From: Eledone cirrhosa
Lineage: Eukaryota
Length of the DNA: 64,000 bases
Reading direction: 5' to 3'
Assembly (NCBI GenBank): GCA_964016885.1
Contig: OZ024743.1
Coordinates: 209,250,001 to 209,314,000 of the forward strand
Below the pieces are notes generated by a model, which was not told the origin of the DNA, did no database searches, and was given only the letters and a program-made list of their open reading frames with translations. This document shows, one piece after another, positions 27,001-42,000 of this stretch (position 1 is its first letter; every line of letters begins with the position of its first letter). A program made the translations under genes and the position numbers.

Positions 27001-30000
27001 ACTCCATAAGATATACCACAGTTTACCATCCTATGGCCACAGATGAAAGCTGTTCACTCCATAAGATATACCACAGTTTACCATCCTATGGCCACAGATG
27101 AAAGCTCTTCACTCCATAAGATATACCACAGTTTACCACCCTATGGCCACAGATGAAAGCTCTTCACTACATAAGATATACCACAGTTTACCATCCTATA
27201 GCCACGCCACGGTTGAAAGCTCTTCACTCCATAAGATATACCACAGTTTACAATCCTATAGCCACAGATGAAAGCTCTTCACTCCATAAGATATACCACA
27301 GTTTACCATCCTATGGCCACAGACGAAAGCACTTCACGCAATAAGATATACCTCACTTTACCATCCTATAGCCACAGAAGAAAGCTCTTCACTCCATAAG
27401 ATATACCACAGTTTACAATCCTATAGCCACATATGAGAGCTCTTCACTCCATAAGATATACCACAGTTTACCATCCTATGGCCACACATGAAAGCTCTTC
27501 ACCCCATAAGATATACCACAGTTTACCATCCTATAGCCAGATGAAAGCTCTTCACTCCGTAAAATATACCACAGTTTACCATCCTATAGCCACACATGAA
27601 AGCTCTTCACTCCATAAGATATACCTCAGTTTACCATCCTATAGCCACAGATGAAAGCTCTTCACTCCATAAGATATACCACAGTTTACCATCCTATAGC
27701 CACACATGAAAGCTCTTCACTCCATAAAATATACCACAGTTTACCATCCTATAGCCACAGATGAAAGCTCTTCACTCCATAAGATATACCACAGTTTACC
27801 ATCCTATAGCCTGATGAAAGCTCTTCACTGCATAAGATATACCACAGTTTACCACCCTATGGCCACAGATGAAAGCTCTTCACTCCATGAGATATACCAC
27901 AGTTTACCATCCTATAGCCACGCCACGGATGAAAGCTCTTCACTCCATAAGATATACCACAGCTTACAATCCTATAGCCACAGATGAAAGCTCTTCATTC
28001 CATATGATATACCACAGTTTACCATCCTATGGCCACAGATGAAAGCTCTTCACTCCATAAGATATACCACAGTTTACCACCCTATGGCCACAGATGAAAG
28101 CTCATTCACCCCATAAGATATGCCACAGTTTACCATCCTATAGCCACAGATGAAAGCTCTTCACTCCATAAGATATACCACAGTTTACCATCCTATAGCC
28201 ACAGATGAAAGCTCTTCACTCCATAAGATATACCACATTTTACCATCCTATAGCCACAGATGAAAGCTCTTCACTCCATAAGATATACCACAGTTTACAA
28301 TCCTATAGCCACAGATGATAGCTCTTCACCCCATAAGATATACCACAGTTTACCATCTTATAGCCACACATGAAAGCTCTTCACTCCATAAGATATACCA
28401 CAGTTTACCATCCTATAGCCACACATGAAAGCTCTTCACTCCATAAGATATACCACAATTTACCATCGTATAGCCACAGATGAAAGCTCTTCACCCCATA
28501 AGATATACCACAGTTTACCATTCTATAGCCACACATGAAAGCTCTTCACATCATAAGATATACCACAGTTTACCATATTATTGCCACACATGAAAGCTCT
28601 TCACTCCATAAGATATACCACAGTTTACCATCCTATAGCCACACATGAAAGCTCTTCACTCCATCAGATATACCACAGTTTACCATCCTATAGCCAGATG
28701 AAAGCTCTTCACTCCATAAGATATACGACAGTTTACCATCCTATAGCCACACATGAAATCTCTTCACTCCATAAGATATACCTCAGTTTACCATCCTATA
28801 GCCACAGATGAAAGCTCTTCACTCCATAAGATATACCACAGTTTACCATCCTATAGCCACACATGAAAGCTCTTCACGCCATAAGATATACCTCAGTTTA
28901 CCACCCTATAGCCACAGATGAAAGCTCTTCACTCCATAAGATATACCACAGTTTACCATCCTATAGCCACACATGAGAGCTCTTCACTCCATAAGATATA
29001 CCACAGTTTACCATCCTATGGCCACACATGAAAGCTCTTCACTCCATAAGATATACCTCAGTTTACCATCCTATAGCCACAGATGAAAGCTCTTCACTCC
29101 ATAAGATATACCACAGTTTACCATCCTATAGCCACACATGAAAGCTCTTCACGCCATGAGATATACCTCAGTTTACCATCCAATAGCCACAGATGAAAGC
29201 TCTTCACTCCATAAGATATACCACAGTTTACCATCCTATAGCCAGATGAAAGCTCTTCACTCCATAAAATATACCACAGTTTACCATCCTATAGCCACAG
29301 ATGAAAGCTCTTCACTCCATAAGATATACCACAGTTTACCATCATATAGCCAGATGAAAGCTCTTCACTCCATAAGATATACCACAGTTTACCATCCTAT
29401 GGCCACAGATGAAAGCTCTTCACTCCATAAGATATACCACAGTTTACCATCCTATGGCCACAGATGAAAGCTCTTCACTCCATAAGATATACCACAGTTT
29501 ACCACCCTATGGCCACAGATGAAAGCTCTTCACTACATAAGATATACCACAGTTTACCATCCTATAGCCACGCCACGGTTGAAAGCTCTTCACTCCATAA
29601 GATATACCACAGTTTACAATCCTATAGCCACAGATGAAAGCTCTTCACTCCATAAGATATACCACAGTTTACCATCCTATGGCCACAGACGAAAGCACTT
29701 CACTCCATAAGATATACCACAGCTTACCATCCTATAGCCACAGATGAAAGCTCTTCACTCCATAAGATATACCACAGTTTACCATCATATAGTCACACAT
29801 GAAAGCTCTTCACTCCATAAGATATACCACAGTTTACAATCCTATAGACTCGCCACGGATGAAAGCTCTTCACTCCATAAGATATACCACAGTTTACCAT
29901 CCTATAGTCACACATGAAAGCTCTTCACTCCATAAGATATAACACAATTTACCATCCTATAGCCAGATGAAAGCTCTTCACTTCATAAGATATACCACAT

Positions 30001-33000
30001 TTTACCATCCTATAGCCACAGATGAAAGCTCTTCACTCCATAAGATATACCACAGTTTACCATCCTAAGGCCACACATGAAAGCTCTTCACTCCATAAGA
30101 TATACCACAGTTTACCATCCTATAGCCAGATGAAAGCTCTTCACTCCGTAAAATATGCCACAGTTTACCATCCTATAGCCACACATGAAAGCTCTTCACT
30201 CCATAAGATATACCACAGTTTACCATCCTATAGCCACACACGAGAGCTCTTCACTCCATAAGATATACCACAGTTTACCATGCTATAGCCACACATGAAA
30301 GCTCTTCACTCCATAAGATATACCACAGTTTATCATCCTATAGCCACACATGAAAGCTCTTCACTCCATAAAATATACCACAGTTTACCATACTATAGCC
30401 ACACATGAGAACTCTTCACTCCATAAGATATACCACAATTTACCATCCTATAGCCACACATGAAAGCTCTTCACTCCATAAGATATACCACTGTTTACCA
30501 TTCTATAGCCACACATGAGAGCTCTTCACTCCATAAGATATAGCACAGTTTACCATCCTATAGCCAGACATGAAAGCTCTTCACTCCATAAGATATACCA
30601 CAGTTTACCATACTATAGCCACAGATGAAAGCTCTTCACTCCATAAGATATACCACTGTTTACCATCCTATAGACACACATGAGAGCTCTTCACTCCATA
30701 AGATATACCATTGTTTACCATCCTATGGCCACACATGAAAGCTCTTCACTCCATAAGATATACCACTTTTTACCATTTTATGGCCACACATGAAAGCTCT
30801 TCACTCCATAAGATATACCACAGTTTACCATCCTATAGCCACAGATGAAAGCTCTTCACTCCATAAGATATACCACAGCTTACCATCCTATAGCCAGATG
30901 AAAGCTCTTCACTCCATAAGATATACCACAGTTTACCACCCTATGGCCACAGATGAAAGCTCTTCACTCCATGAGATATACCACAGTTTACAATCCTATA
31001 GCCACGCCACGGATGAAAGCTCTTCACTCCATAAGATATACCAGAGTTTACCATCCTATAGCCACACATGAAAGCTCTTCACTCCATAAGATATACCACA
31101 GTTTACCATCCTATAGCCACAGATGAAAGCTCTTCACCCCATAAAATATACCACAGTTTATCATCTTATAGCCACACATGAAAGCTCTTCACTCCATAAG
31201 ATATACCACAGTTTACCATCCTATAGCCACAAATGAAAGCTCTTCACTCCATAAGATATACCACAATTTACCATCCTATAGCCACAGATGAAAGCTCTTC
31301 ACCACATAAGATATACCACAATTTACCATCCTATAGCCACAGATGAAAGCTCTTCACCCCATAAGATATACCAGAGTTTACCATCCTATAGCCACACATG
31401 AAAGCTCTTCACCCCATAAGATATACCACAGTTTACCATCCTATAGCCAGATGAAAGCTCTTCACTCCGTAAAATATACCACAGTTTACCATCCTATAGC
31501 CACACATGAAAGCTCTTCACTCCATAAGATATACCTCAGTTTACCATCCTATAGCCACAGATGAAAGCTCTTCACTCCATAAGATATACCACAGTCTACC
31601 ACCCTATGGCCACAAATTAAAGCTCTTCACTCCATAAGATATACCACAGTTTACCATCCTCTAACCACAGATGAAAGCTCTTCACTCCATAAGATATACC
31701 ACAGTTTACCATCCTATGGCCACAGATGAAAGCTCTACACTCCATAAGATATACCACAGTTTACCACCCTATGGCCACAGATGAAAGCTCTTCACTCAAT
31801 AAGATATACCACAGTTTACCATCCTATAGCCACAGATGAAAGCTCTTCACTCCATAAGATATACCACAGTCTACCATGTTATAGCCACAGATGAAAGCTC
31901 TTCACTGCATAAGATATTCCACAGTTTACCATCCTATAGCCACAGATGAAAGCTCTTCACTCCATATGATATACCACAGGTTACCATCCTATAGCCACAG
32001 ATGAAAGCTCTTCACCCCATAAGATATACCACAGTTTACCATCCTATAGCCACACATGAAAGCCCTTCACTCCATAAGATATACCACAGTTTACCATCCT
32101 ATAGCCACAGATGAAAGCTCTTCACCCCATAGGATATACCACAGTTTACCATCCTATAGCCACACATGAAAGCTCTTCACTCCATAAGATATACCACAGT
32201 TTACCATCCTATAGCCACACATGAAAGCTCTTCACTCCATAAGATATACCACAATTTATCATCCTATAGCCACAGATGAAAGCTCTTCACCACATAAGAT
32301 ATACCACAGTTTACCATCCTATAGCCACACATGAAAGCTCTTCACCCCATAAGATATACCACAGTTTACCATCCTATTGCCACACATGAAAGCTCTTCAC
32401 TCCATAAGATATACCACAGTTTACCATCCTATAGCCACACATGAAAGCTCTTCACTCCATAAGATATACCACAATTTACCATCCTATAGCCACAGATGAA
32501 AGCTCTTCACCACATAAGATATACCACAGTTTACCATCCTATAGCCACACATGAAAGCTCTTCACCCCATAAGATATACGACAGTTTACCATCCTATAGC
32601 CACACATGAAAGCTCTTCACTCCATAAGATATACCTCACTTTACCATCCTATAGCCACAGATGAAAGCTCTTCACTCCATAAGATATACCACAGTTTACC
32701 ATCCTATAGCCACACATGAAAGCTCTTCACGCAATAAGATATACCTCACTTTACCATCCTATAGCCACAGAAGAAAGCTCTTCACTCCATAAGATATACC
32801 ACAGTTTACAATCCTATAGCCACACATGAGAGCTCTTCACTCCATAAGATATACCACAGTTTACCATCCTATGGCCACACATGAAAGCTCTTCACCCCAT
32901 AAGATATACCACAGTTTACCATCCTATAGCCACACATGAAAGCTCTTCACTCCATAAAATATACCACAGTTTACCATCCTATAGCCACAGATGAAAGCTG

Positions 33001-36000
33001 TTCACTCCATAAGATATACCACAGTTTACCATCCTATAGCCTGATGAAAGCTCTTCACTCCATAAGATATACCACAGTTTACCACCCTATGGCCACAGAT
33101 GAAAGCTCTTCACTCCATGAGATATACCACAGTTTACCATCCTATAGCCACGCCACGGATGAAAGCTCTTCACTCCATAAGATATACCACAGCTTACAAT
33201 CCTATAGCCACAGATGAAAGCTCTTCATTCCATATGATATACCACAGTTTACCATCCTATGGCCACAGATGAAAGCTCTTCACTCCATAAGATATACCAC
33301 AGTTTACCACCCTATAGCCACAGATGAAAGCTCTTCACCCCATAAGATATACCACAGTTTACCATTCTATAGCCACACATGAAAGCTCTTCACATCATAA
33401 GATATACCACAGTTTACCATATTATTGCCACACATGAAAGCTCTTCACTCCATAAGATATACCACAGTTTACCATCCTATAGCCACACATGAAAGCTCTT
33501 CACTCCATAAGATATACCACAGTTTACCATCCTATAGCCAGATGAAAGCTCTTCACACCATAAGATATACGACAGTTTACCATCCTATAGCCACACATGA
33601 AATCTCTTCACTCCATAAGATATACCTCAGTTTACCATCCTATAGCCACAGATGAAAGCTCTTCACTCCATAAGATATACCACAGTTTACCATCCTATAG
33701 CCACACATGAATGCTCTTCATGCCGTAAGATATACCTCAGTTTACCATCCTATAGCCACAGATGAAAGCTCTTCACTCCATAAGATATACCACAGTTTAC
33801 CATCCTATAGCCACACATGAGAGCTCTTCACTCCATAAGATATACCACAGTTTACCATCCTATGGCCACACATGAAAGCTCTTCACCCCATAAGATATAC
33901 CACAGTTTACCAAACTATAGCCAGATGAAAGCTCTTCACTCCGTAAAATATACCACAGTTTACCATCCTATAGCCACACATGAAAGCTCTTCACTCCATA
34001 AGATATACCACAGTTTACCATCCTATAGCCACACATGAAAGCTCTTCACCCCATAAGATATACCACAGTTTACCATCCTATTGCCACACATGAAAGCTCT
34101 TCACTCCATAAGATATACCACAGTTTACCATCCTATAGCCACACATGAAAGCTCTTCACTCCATAAGATATACCACAATTTACCATCCTATAGCCACAGA
34201 TGAAAGCTCTTCACCACATAAGATATACCACAGTTTACCATCCTATAGCCACACATGAAAGCTCTTCACCCCATAAGATATACGACAGTTTACCATCATA
34301 TAGCCACACATGAAAGCTCTTCACTCCATAAGATATACCTCACTTTACCATCCTATAGCCACAGATGATAGCTCTTCACTCCATAAGATATACCACAGTT
34401 TACCATCCTATAGCCACACATGAAAGCTCTTCACGCAATAAGATATACCTCACTTTACCATCCTATAGCCACAGAAGAAAGCTCTTCACTCCATAAGATA
34501 TACCACAGTTTACAATCCTATAGCCACACATGAGAGCTCTTCACTCCATAAGATATACCACAGTTTACCATCCTATGGCCACACATGAAAGCTCTTCACC
34601 CCATAAGATATACCACAGTTTACCATCCTATAGCCACACATGAAAGCTCTTCACTCCATAAAATATACCACAGTTTACCATCCTATAGCCACAGATGAAA
34701 GCTGTTCACTCCATAAGATATACCACAGTTTACCATCCTATAGCCTGATGAAAGCTCTTCACTCCATAAGATATACCACAGTTTACCACCCTATGGCCAC
34801 AGATGAAAGCTCTTCACTCCATGAGATATACCACAGTTTACCATCCTATAGCCACGCCACGGATGAAAGCTCTTCACTCCATAAGATATACCACAGCTTA
34901 CAATCCTATAGCCACAGATGAAAGCTCTTCATTCCATATGATATACCACAGTTTACCATCCTATGGCCACAGATGAAAGCTCTTCACTCCATAAGATATA
35001 CCACAGTTTACCACCCTATAGCCACAGATGAAAGCTCTTCACCCCATAAGATATACCACAGTTTACCATTCTATAGCCACACATGAAAGCTCTTCACATC
35101 ATAAGATATACCACAGTTTACCATATTATTGCCACACATGAAAGCTCTTCACTCCATAAGATATACCACAGTTTACCATCCTATAGCCACACATGAAAGC
35201 TCTTCACTCCATAAGATATACCACAGTTTACCATCCTATAGCCAGATGAAAGCTCTTCACACCATAAGATATACGACAGTTTACCATCCTATAGCCACAC
35301 ATGAAATCTCTTCACTCCATAAGATATACCTCAGTTTACCATCCTATAGCCACAGATGAAAGCTCTTCACTCCATAAGATATACCACAGTTTACCATCCT
35401 ATAGCCACACATGAATGCTCTTCATGCCGTAAGATATACCTCAGTTTACCATCCTATAGCCACAGATGAAAGCTCTTCACTCCATAAGATATACCACAGT
35501 TTACCATCCTATAGCCACACATGAGAGCTCTTCACTCCATAAGATATACCACAGTTTACCATCCTATGGCCACACATGAAAGCTCTTCACCCCATAAGAT
35601 ATACCACAGTTTACCAAACTATAGCCAGATGAAAGCTCTTCACTCCGTAAAATATACCACAGTTTACCATCCTATAGCCACACATGAAAGCTCTTCACTC
35701 CATAAGATATACCACAGTTTACCATCCTATAGCCACACATGAAAGCTCTTCACCCCATAAGATATACCACAGTTTACCATCCTATTGCCACACATGAAAG
35801 CTCTTCACTCCATAAGATATACCACAGTTTACCATCCTATAGCCACACATGAAAGCTCTTCACTCCATAAGATATACCACAATTTACCATCCTATAGCCA
35901 CAGATGAAAGCTCTTCACCACATAAGATATACCACAGTTTACCATCCTATAGCCACACATGAAAGCTCTTCACCCCATAAGATATACGACAGTTTACCAT

Positions 36001-39000
36001 CATATAGCCACACATGAAAGCTCTTCACTCCATAAGATATACCTCACTTTACCATCCTATAGCCACAGATGATAGCTCTTCACTCCATAAGATATACCAC
36101 AGTTTACCATCCTATAGCCACACATGAAAGCTCTTCACGCAATAAGATATACCTCACTTTACCATCCTATAGCCACAGAAGAAAGCTCTTCACTCCATAA
36201 GATATACCACAGTTTACAATCCTATAGCCACACATGAGAGCTCTTCACTCCATAAGATATACCACAGTTTACCATCCTATGGCCACACATGAAAGCTCTT
36301 CACCCCATAAGATATACCACAGTTTACCATCCTATAGCCACACATGAAAGCTCTTCACTCCATAAAATATACCACAGTTTACCATCCTATAGCCACAGAT
36401 GAAAGCTGTTCACTCCATAAGATATACCACAGTTTACCATCCTATAGCCTGATGAAAGCTCTTCACTCCATAAGATATACCACAGTTTACCACCCTATGG
36501 CCACAGATGAAAGCTCTTCACTCCATGAGATATACCACAGTTTACCATCCTATAGCCACGCCACGGATGAAAGCTCTTCACTCCATAAGATATACCACAG
36601 CTTACAATCCTATAGCCACAGATGAAAGCTCTTCATTCCATATGATATACCACAGTTTACCATCCTATGGCCACAGATGAAAGCTCTTCACTCCATAAGA
36701 TATACCACAGTTTACCACCCTATAGCCACAGATGAAAGCTCTTCACCCCATAAGATATACCACAGTTTACCATTCTATAGCCACACATGAAAGCTCTTCA
36801 CATCATAAGATATACCACAGTTTACCATATTATTGCCACACATGAAAGCTCTTCACTCCATAAGATATACCACAGTTTACCATCCTATAGCCACACATGA
36901 AAGCTCTTCACTCCATAAGATATACCACAGTTTACCATCCTATAGCCAGATGAAAGCTCTTCACACCATAAGATATACGACAGTTTACCATCCTATAGCC
37001 ACACATGAAATCTCTTCACTCCATAAGATATACCTCAGTTTACCATCCTATAGCCACAGATGAAAGCTCTTCACTCCATAAGATATACCACAGTTTACCA
37101 TCCTATAGCCACACATGAATGCTCTTCACGCCGTAAGATATACCTCAGTTTACCATCCTATAGCCACAGATGAAAGCTCTTCACTCCATAAGATATACCA
37201 CAGTTTACCATCCTATAGCCACACATGAGAGCTCTTCACTCCATAAGATATACCACAGTTTACCATCCTATGGCCACACATGAAAGCTCTTCACCCCATA
37301 AGATATACCACAGTTTACCAAACTATAGCCAGATGAAAGCTCTTCACTCCGTAAAATATACCACAGTTTACCATCCTATAGCCACACATGAAAGCTCTTC
37401 ACTCCATAAGATATACCTCAGTTTACCATCCTATAGCCACAGATGAAAGCTCTTCACTCCATAAGATATACCACAGTTTACCATCCTATAGCCACACATG
37501 AAAGCTCTTCACGGCATAAGATATACCTCAGTTTAGCATCCAATAGCCACAGATGAAAGCTCTTCACTCCATAAGATATACCACAGTTTACCATCCTATA
37601 GCCAGATGAAAGCTCTTCACTCCATAAAATATACCACAGTTTACCATCCTATAGCCACAGATGAAAGCTCTTCACTCCATAAGATATACCACAGTTTACC
37701 ATCATATAGCCAGATGAAAGCTCTTCACTCCGTAATATATACCACAGTTTACCATCCTATGGCCACAGATGAAAGCTCTTCACTCCATAAGATATACCAC
37801 AGTTTACCATCCTATGGCCACAGATGAAAGCTCTTCACTCCATAAGATATACCACAGTTTACCACCCTATGGCCACAGATGAAAGCTCTTCACTACATAA
37901 GATATACCACAGTTTACCATCCTATAGCCACGCCACGGTTGAAAGCTCTTCACTCCATAAGATATACCACAGTTTACAATCCTATAGCCACAGATGAAAG
38001 CTCTTCACTCCATAAGATATACCACAGTTTACCATCCTATGGCCACAGACGAAAGCACTTCACGCAATAAGATATACCTCACTTTACCATCCTATAGCCA
38101 CAGAAGAAAGCTCTTCACTCCATAAGATATACCACAGTTTACAATCCTATAGCCACATATGAGTGCTCTTCACTCCATAAGATATACCACAGTTTACCAT
38201 CCTATGGCCACACATGAAAGCTCTTCACCCCATAAGATATACCACAGTTTACCATCCTATAGCCAGATGAAAGCTCTTCACTCCGTAAAATATACCACAG
38301 TTTACCATCCTATAGCCACACATGAAAGCTCTTCACTCCATAAGATATACCTCAGTTTACCATCCTATAGCCACAGATGAAAGCTCTTCACTCCATAAGA
38401 TATACCACAGTTTACCATCCTATAGCCACACATGAAAGCTCTTCACTCCATAAAATATACCACAGTTTACCATCCTATAGCCACAGATGAAAGCTCTTCA
38501 CTCCATAATATATACCACAGTTTACCATCCTATAGCCTGATGAAAGCTCTTCACTGCATAAGATATACCACAGTTTACCACCCTATGGCCACAGATGAAA
38601 GCTCTTCACTCCATGAGATATACCACAGTTTACCATCCTATAGCCACGCCACGGATGAAAGCTCTTCACTCCATAAGATATACCACAGCTTACAATCCTA
38701 TAGCCACAGATGAAAGCTCTTCATTCCATATGATATACCACAGTTTACCATCCTATGGCCACAGATGAAAGCTCTTCACTCCATAAGATATACCACAGTT
38801 TACCACCCTATGGCCACAGATGAAAGCTCATTCACCCCATAAGATATACCACAGTTTACCATCCTATAGCCACAGATGAAAGCTCTTCACTCCATAAGAT
38901 ATACCACAGTTTACCATCCTATAGCCACACATGAAAGCTCTTCACTCCATAAGATATACCACAATTTACCATCGTATAGCCACAGATGAAAGCTCTTCAC

Positions 39001-42000
39001 CCCATAAGATATACCACAGTTTACCATTCTATAGCCACACATGAAAGCTCTTCACATCATAAGATATACCACAGTTTACCATATTATTGCCACACATGAA
39101 AGCTCTTCACTCCATAAGATATACCACAGTTTACCATCCTATAGCCACACATGAAAGCTCTTCACTCCATAAGATATACCACAGTTTACCATCCTATAGC
39201 CAGATGAAAGCTCTTCACTCCATAAGATATACGACAGTTTACCATCCTATAGCCACACATGAAATCTCTTCACTCCATAAGATATACCTCAGTTTACCAT
39301 CCTATAGCCACAGATGAAAGCTCTTCACTCCATAAGATATACCACAGTTTACCATCCTATAGCCACACATGAAAGCTCTTCACGCCATAAGATATACCTC
39401 AGTTTACCATCCTATAGCCACAGATGAAAGCTCTTCACTCCATAAGATATACCACAGTTTACCATCTTATAGCCACACATGAGAGCTCTTCACTCCATAA
39501 GATATACCACAGTTTACCATCCTATGGCCACACATGAAAGCTCTTCACCCCATAAGATATACCACAGTTTACCATCCTATAGCCAGATGAAAGCTCTTCA
39601 CTCCGTAAAATATACCACAGTTTACCATCCTATAGCCACACATGAAAGCTCTTCACTCCATAAGATATACCTCAGTTTACCATCCTATAGCCACAGATGA
39701 AAGCTCTTCACTCCATAAGATATACCACAGTTTACCATCCTATAGCCACACATGAAAGCTCTTCACGCCATGAGATATACCTCAGTTTACCATCCAATAG
39801 CCACAGATGAAAGCTCTTCACTCCATAAGATATACCACAGTTTACCATCCTATAGCCAGATGAAAGCTCTTCACTCCATAAAATATACCACAGTTTACCA
39901 TCCTATAGTCACAGATGAAAGCTCTTCACTCCATAAGATATACCACAGTTTACCATCATATAGCCAGATGAAAGTTCTTCACTCCATAAGATATACCACA
40001 GTTTACCATCCTATGGCCACAGATGAAAGCTCTTCACTCCATAAGATATACCACAGTTTACCATCCTATGGCCACAGATGAAAGCTCTTCACTCCATAAG
40101 AAATACCACAGTTTACCACCCTATGGCCACAGATGAAAGCTCTTTACTACATAAGATATACCACAGTTTACCATCCTATAGCCACACCACGGTTGAAAGC
40201 TCTTCACTCCATTAGATATACCACAGTTTACAATCCTATAGCCAGATGAAAGCTCTTCACTCCGTAAAATATACCACAGTTTACCATCCTATAGCCACAC
40301 ATGAAAGCTCTTCACTCCATAAGATATACCTCAGTTTACCATCCTATAGCCACAGATGAAAGCTCTTCACTCCATAAGATATACCACAGTTTACCATCCT
40401 ATAGCCACACATGAAAGCTCTTCACGCCATGAGATATACCTCAGTTTACCATCCAATAGCCACAGATGAAAGCTCTTCACTCCATAAGATATACCACAGT
40501 TTACCATCCTATAGCCAGATGAAAGCTCTTCACTCCATAAAATATACCACAGTTTACCATCCTATAGCCACAGATGAAAGCTCTTCACTCCATAAGATAT
40601 ACCACAGTTTACCATCCTATGGCCACAGACGAAAGCACTTCACTCCATAAGATATACCACAGCTTACCATCCTATAGCCACAGATGAAAGCTCTTCACTC
40701 CATAAGATATACCACAGTTTACCATCATATAGTCACACATGAAAGCTCTTCACTCCATAAGATATACCACAGTTTACAATCCTATAGACTCGCCACGGAT
40801 GAAAGCTCTTCACTCCATAAGATATACCACAGTTTACCATCCTATAGTCACACATGAAAGCTCTTCACTCCATAAGATATAACACAATTTACCATCCTAT
40901 AGCCAGATGAAAGCTCTTCACTTCATAAGATATACCACAGTTTACCATCCTATAGCCACAGATGAAAGCTCTTCACTCCATAAAATATACCACAGTTTAC
41001 CATCCTAAGGCCACACATGAAAGCTCTTCACTCCATAAGATATACCACAGTTTACCATCCTATAGCCAGATGAAAGCTCTTCACTCCGTAAAATATGCCA
41101 CAGTTTACCATCCTATAGCCACACATGAAAGCTCTTCACTCCATAAGATATACCACAGTTTACCATCCTATAGCCACACACGAGAGCTCTTCACTCCATA
41201 AGATATACCACAGTTTACCATGCTATAGCCACACATGAAAGCTCTTCACTCCATAAGATATACCACAGTTTATCATCCTATAGCCACACATGAAAGCTCT
41301 TCACTCCATAAAATATACCACAGTTTACCATACTATAGCCACACATGAGAGCTCTTCACTCCATGAGATATACCACAGTTTACCATCCTATAGCCACACA
41401 TGAAAGCTCTTCACTCCATAAGATATACCACTGTTTACCATTCTATAGCCACACATGAGAGCTCTTCACTCCATAAGATATAGCACAGTTTACCATCCTA
41501 TAGCCAGACATGAAAGCTCTACACTCCATAAGATATACCACAGTTTACCATACTATAGCCACAGATGAAAGCTCTTCACTCCATAAGATATACCACTGTT
41601 TACCATCCTATAGACACACATGAGAGCTCTTTACTCCATAAGATATACCATTGTTTACCATCCTATGGCCACACATGAAAGCTCTTCACTCCATAAGATA
41701 TACCACTTTTTACCATTTTATGGCCACACATGAAAGCTCTTCACTCCATAAGATATACCACAGTTTACCATCCTATAGCCACAGATGAAAGCTCTTCACT
41801 CCATAAGATATACCACAGCTTACCATCCTATAGCCAGATGAAAGCTCTTCACTCCATAAGATATACCACAGTTTACCACCCTATGGCCACAGATGAAAGC
41901 TCTTCACTCCATGAGATATACCACAGTTTACAATCCTATAGCCACGCCACGGATGAAAGCTCTTCACTCCATAAGATATACCACAGTTTACCATCCTATA
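24100..42000 (+). repeat. Large tandem block duplication: ~24.1-31.0 kb repeated as ~31.0-42.0 kb with internal expansions
   Basis: Marker offsets change in steps: 6935 (24106/31041), 7153 (24720/31873 and 25783/32936), 10726 (26499/37225, 26880/37606, 27153/37879, 27706/38432), 10506 (28581/39087) and 10940 (30022/40962, 30790/41730). Confidence 0.88.
32300..37410 (+). repeat. Higher-order repeat, 1704-bp period (31 monomers), three tandem copies
   Basis: The offset is a constant 1704 for 32936/34640/36344, 33425/35129/36833, 33817/35521/37225 and for TATTGCC at 32375/34079/35783. The length is 31x55 - 3x2 + 5 = 1704. Confidence 0.95.

Noticed and set aside
26499-38432. The 10726-bp offset as twice the 5373-bp repeat
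   Set aside because: 2x5373 is 10746, not 10726. The offset is explained as 7153+2x1704+165, and the blocks carry different markers.
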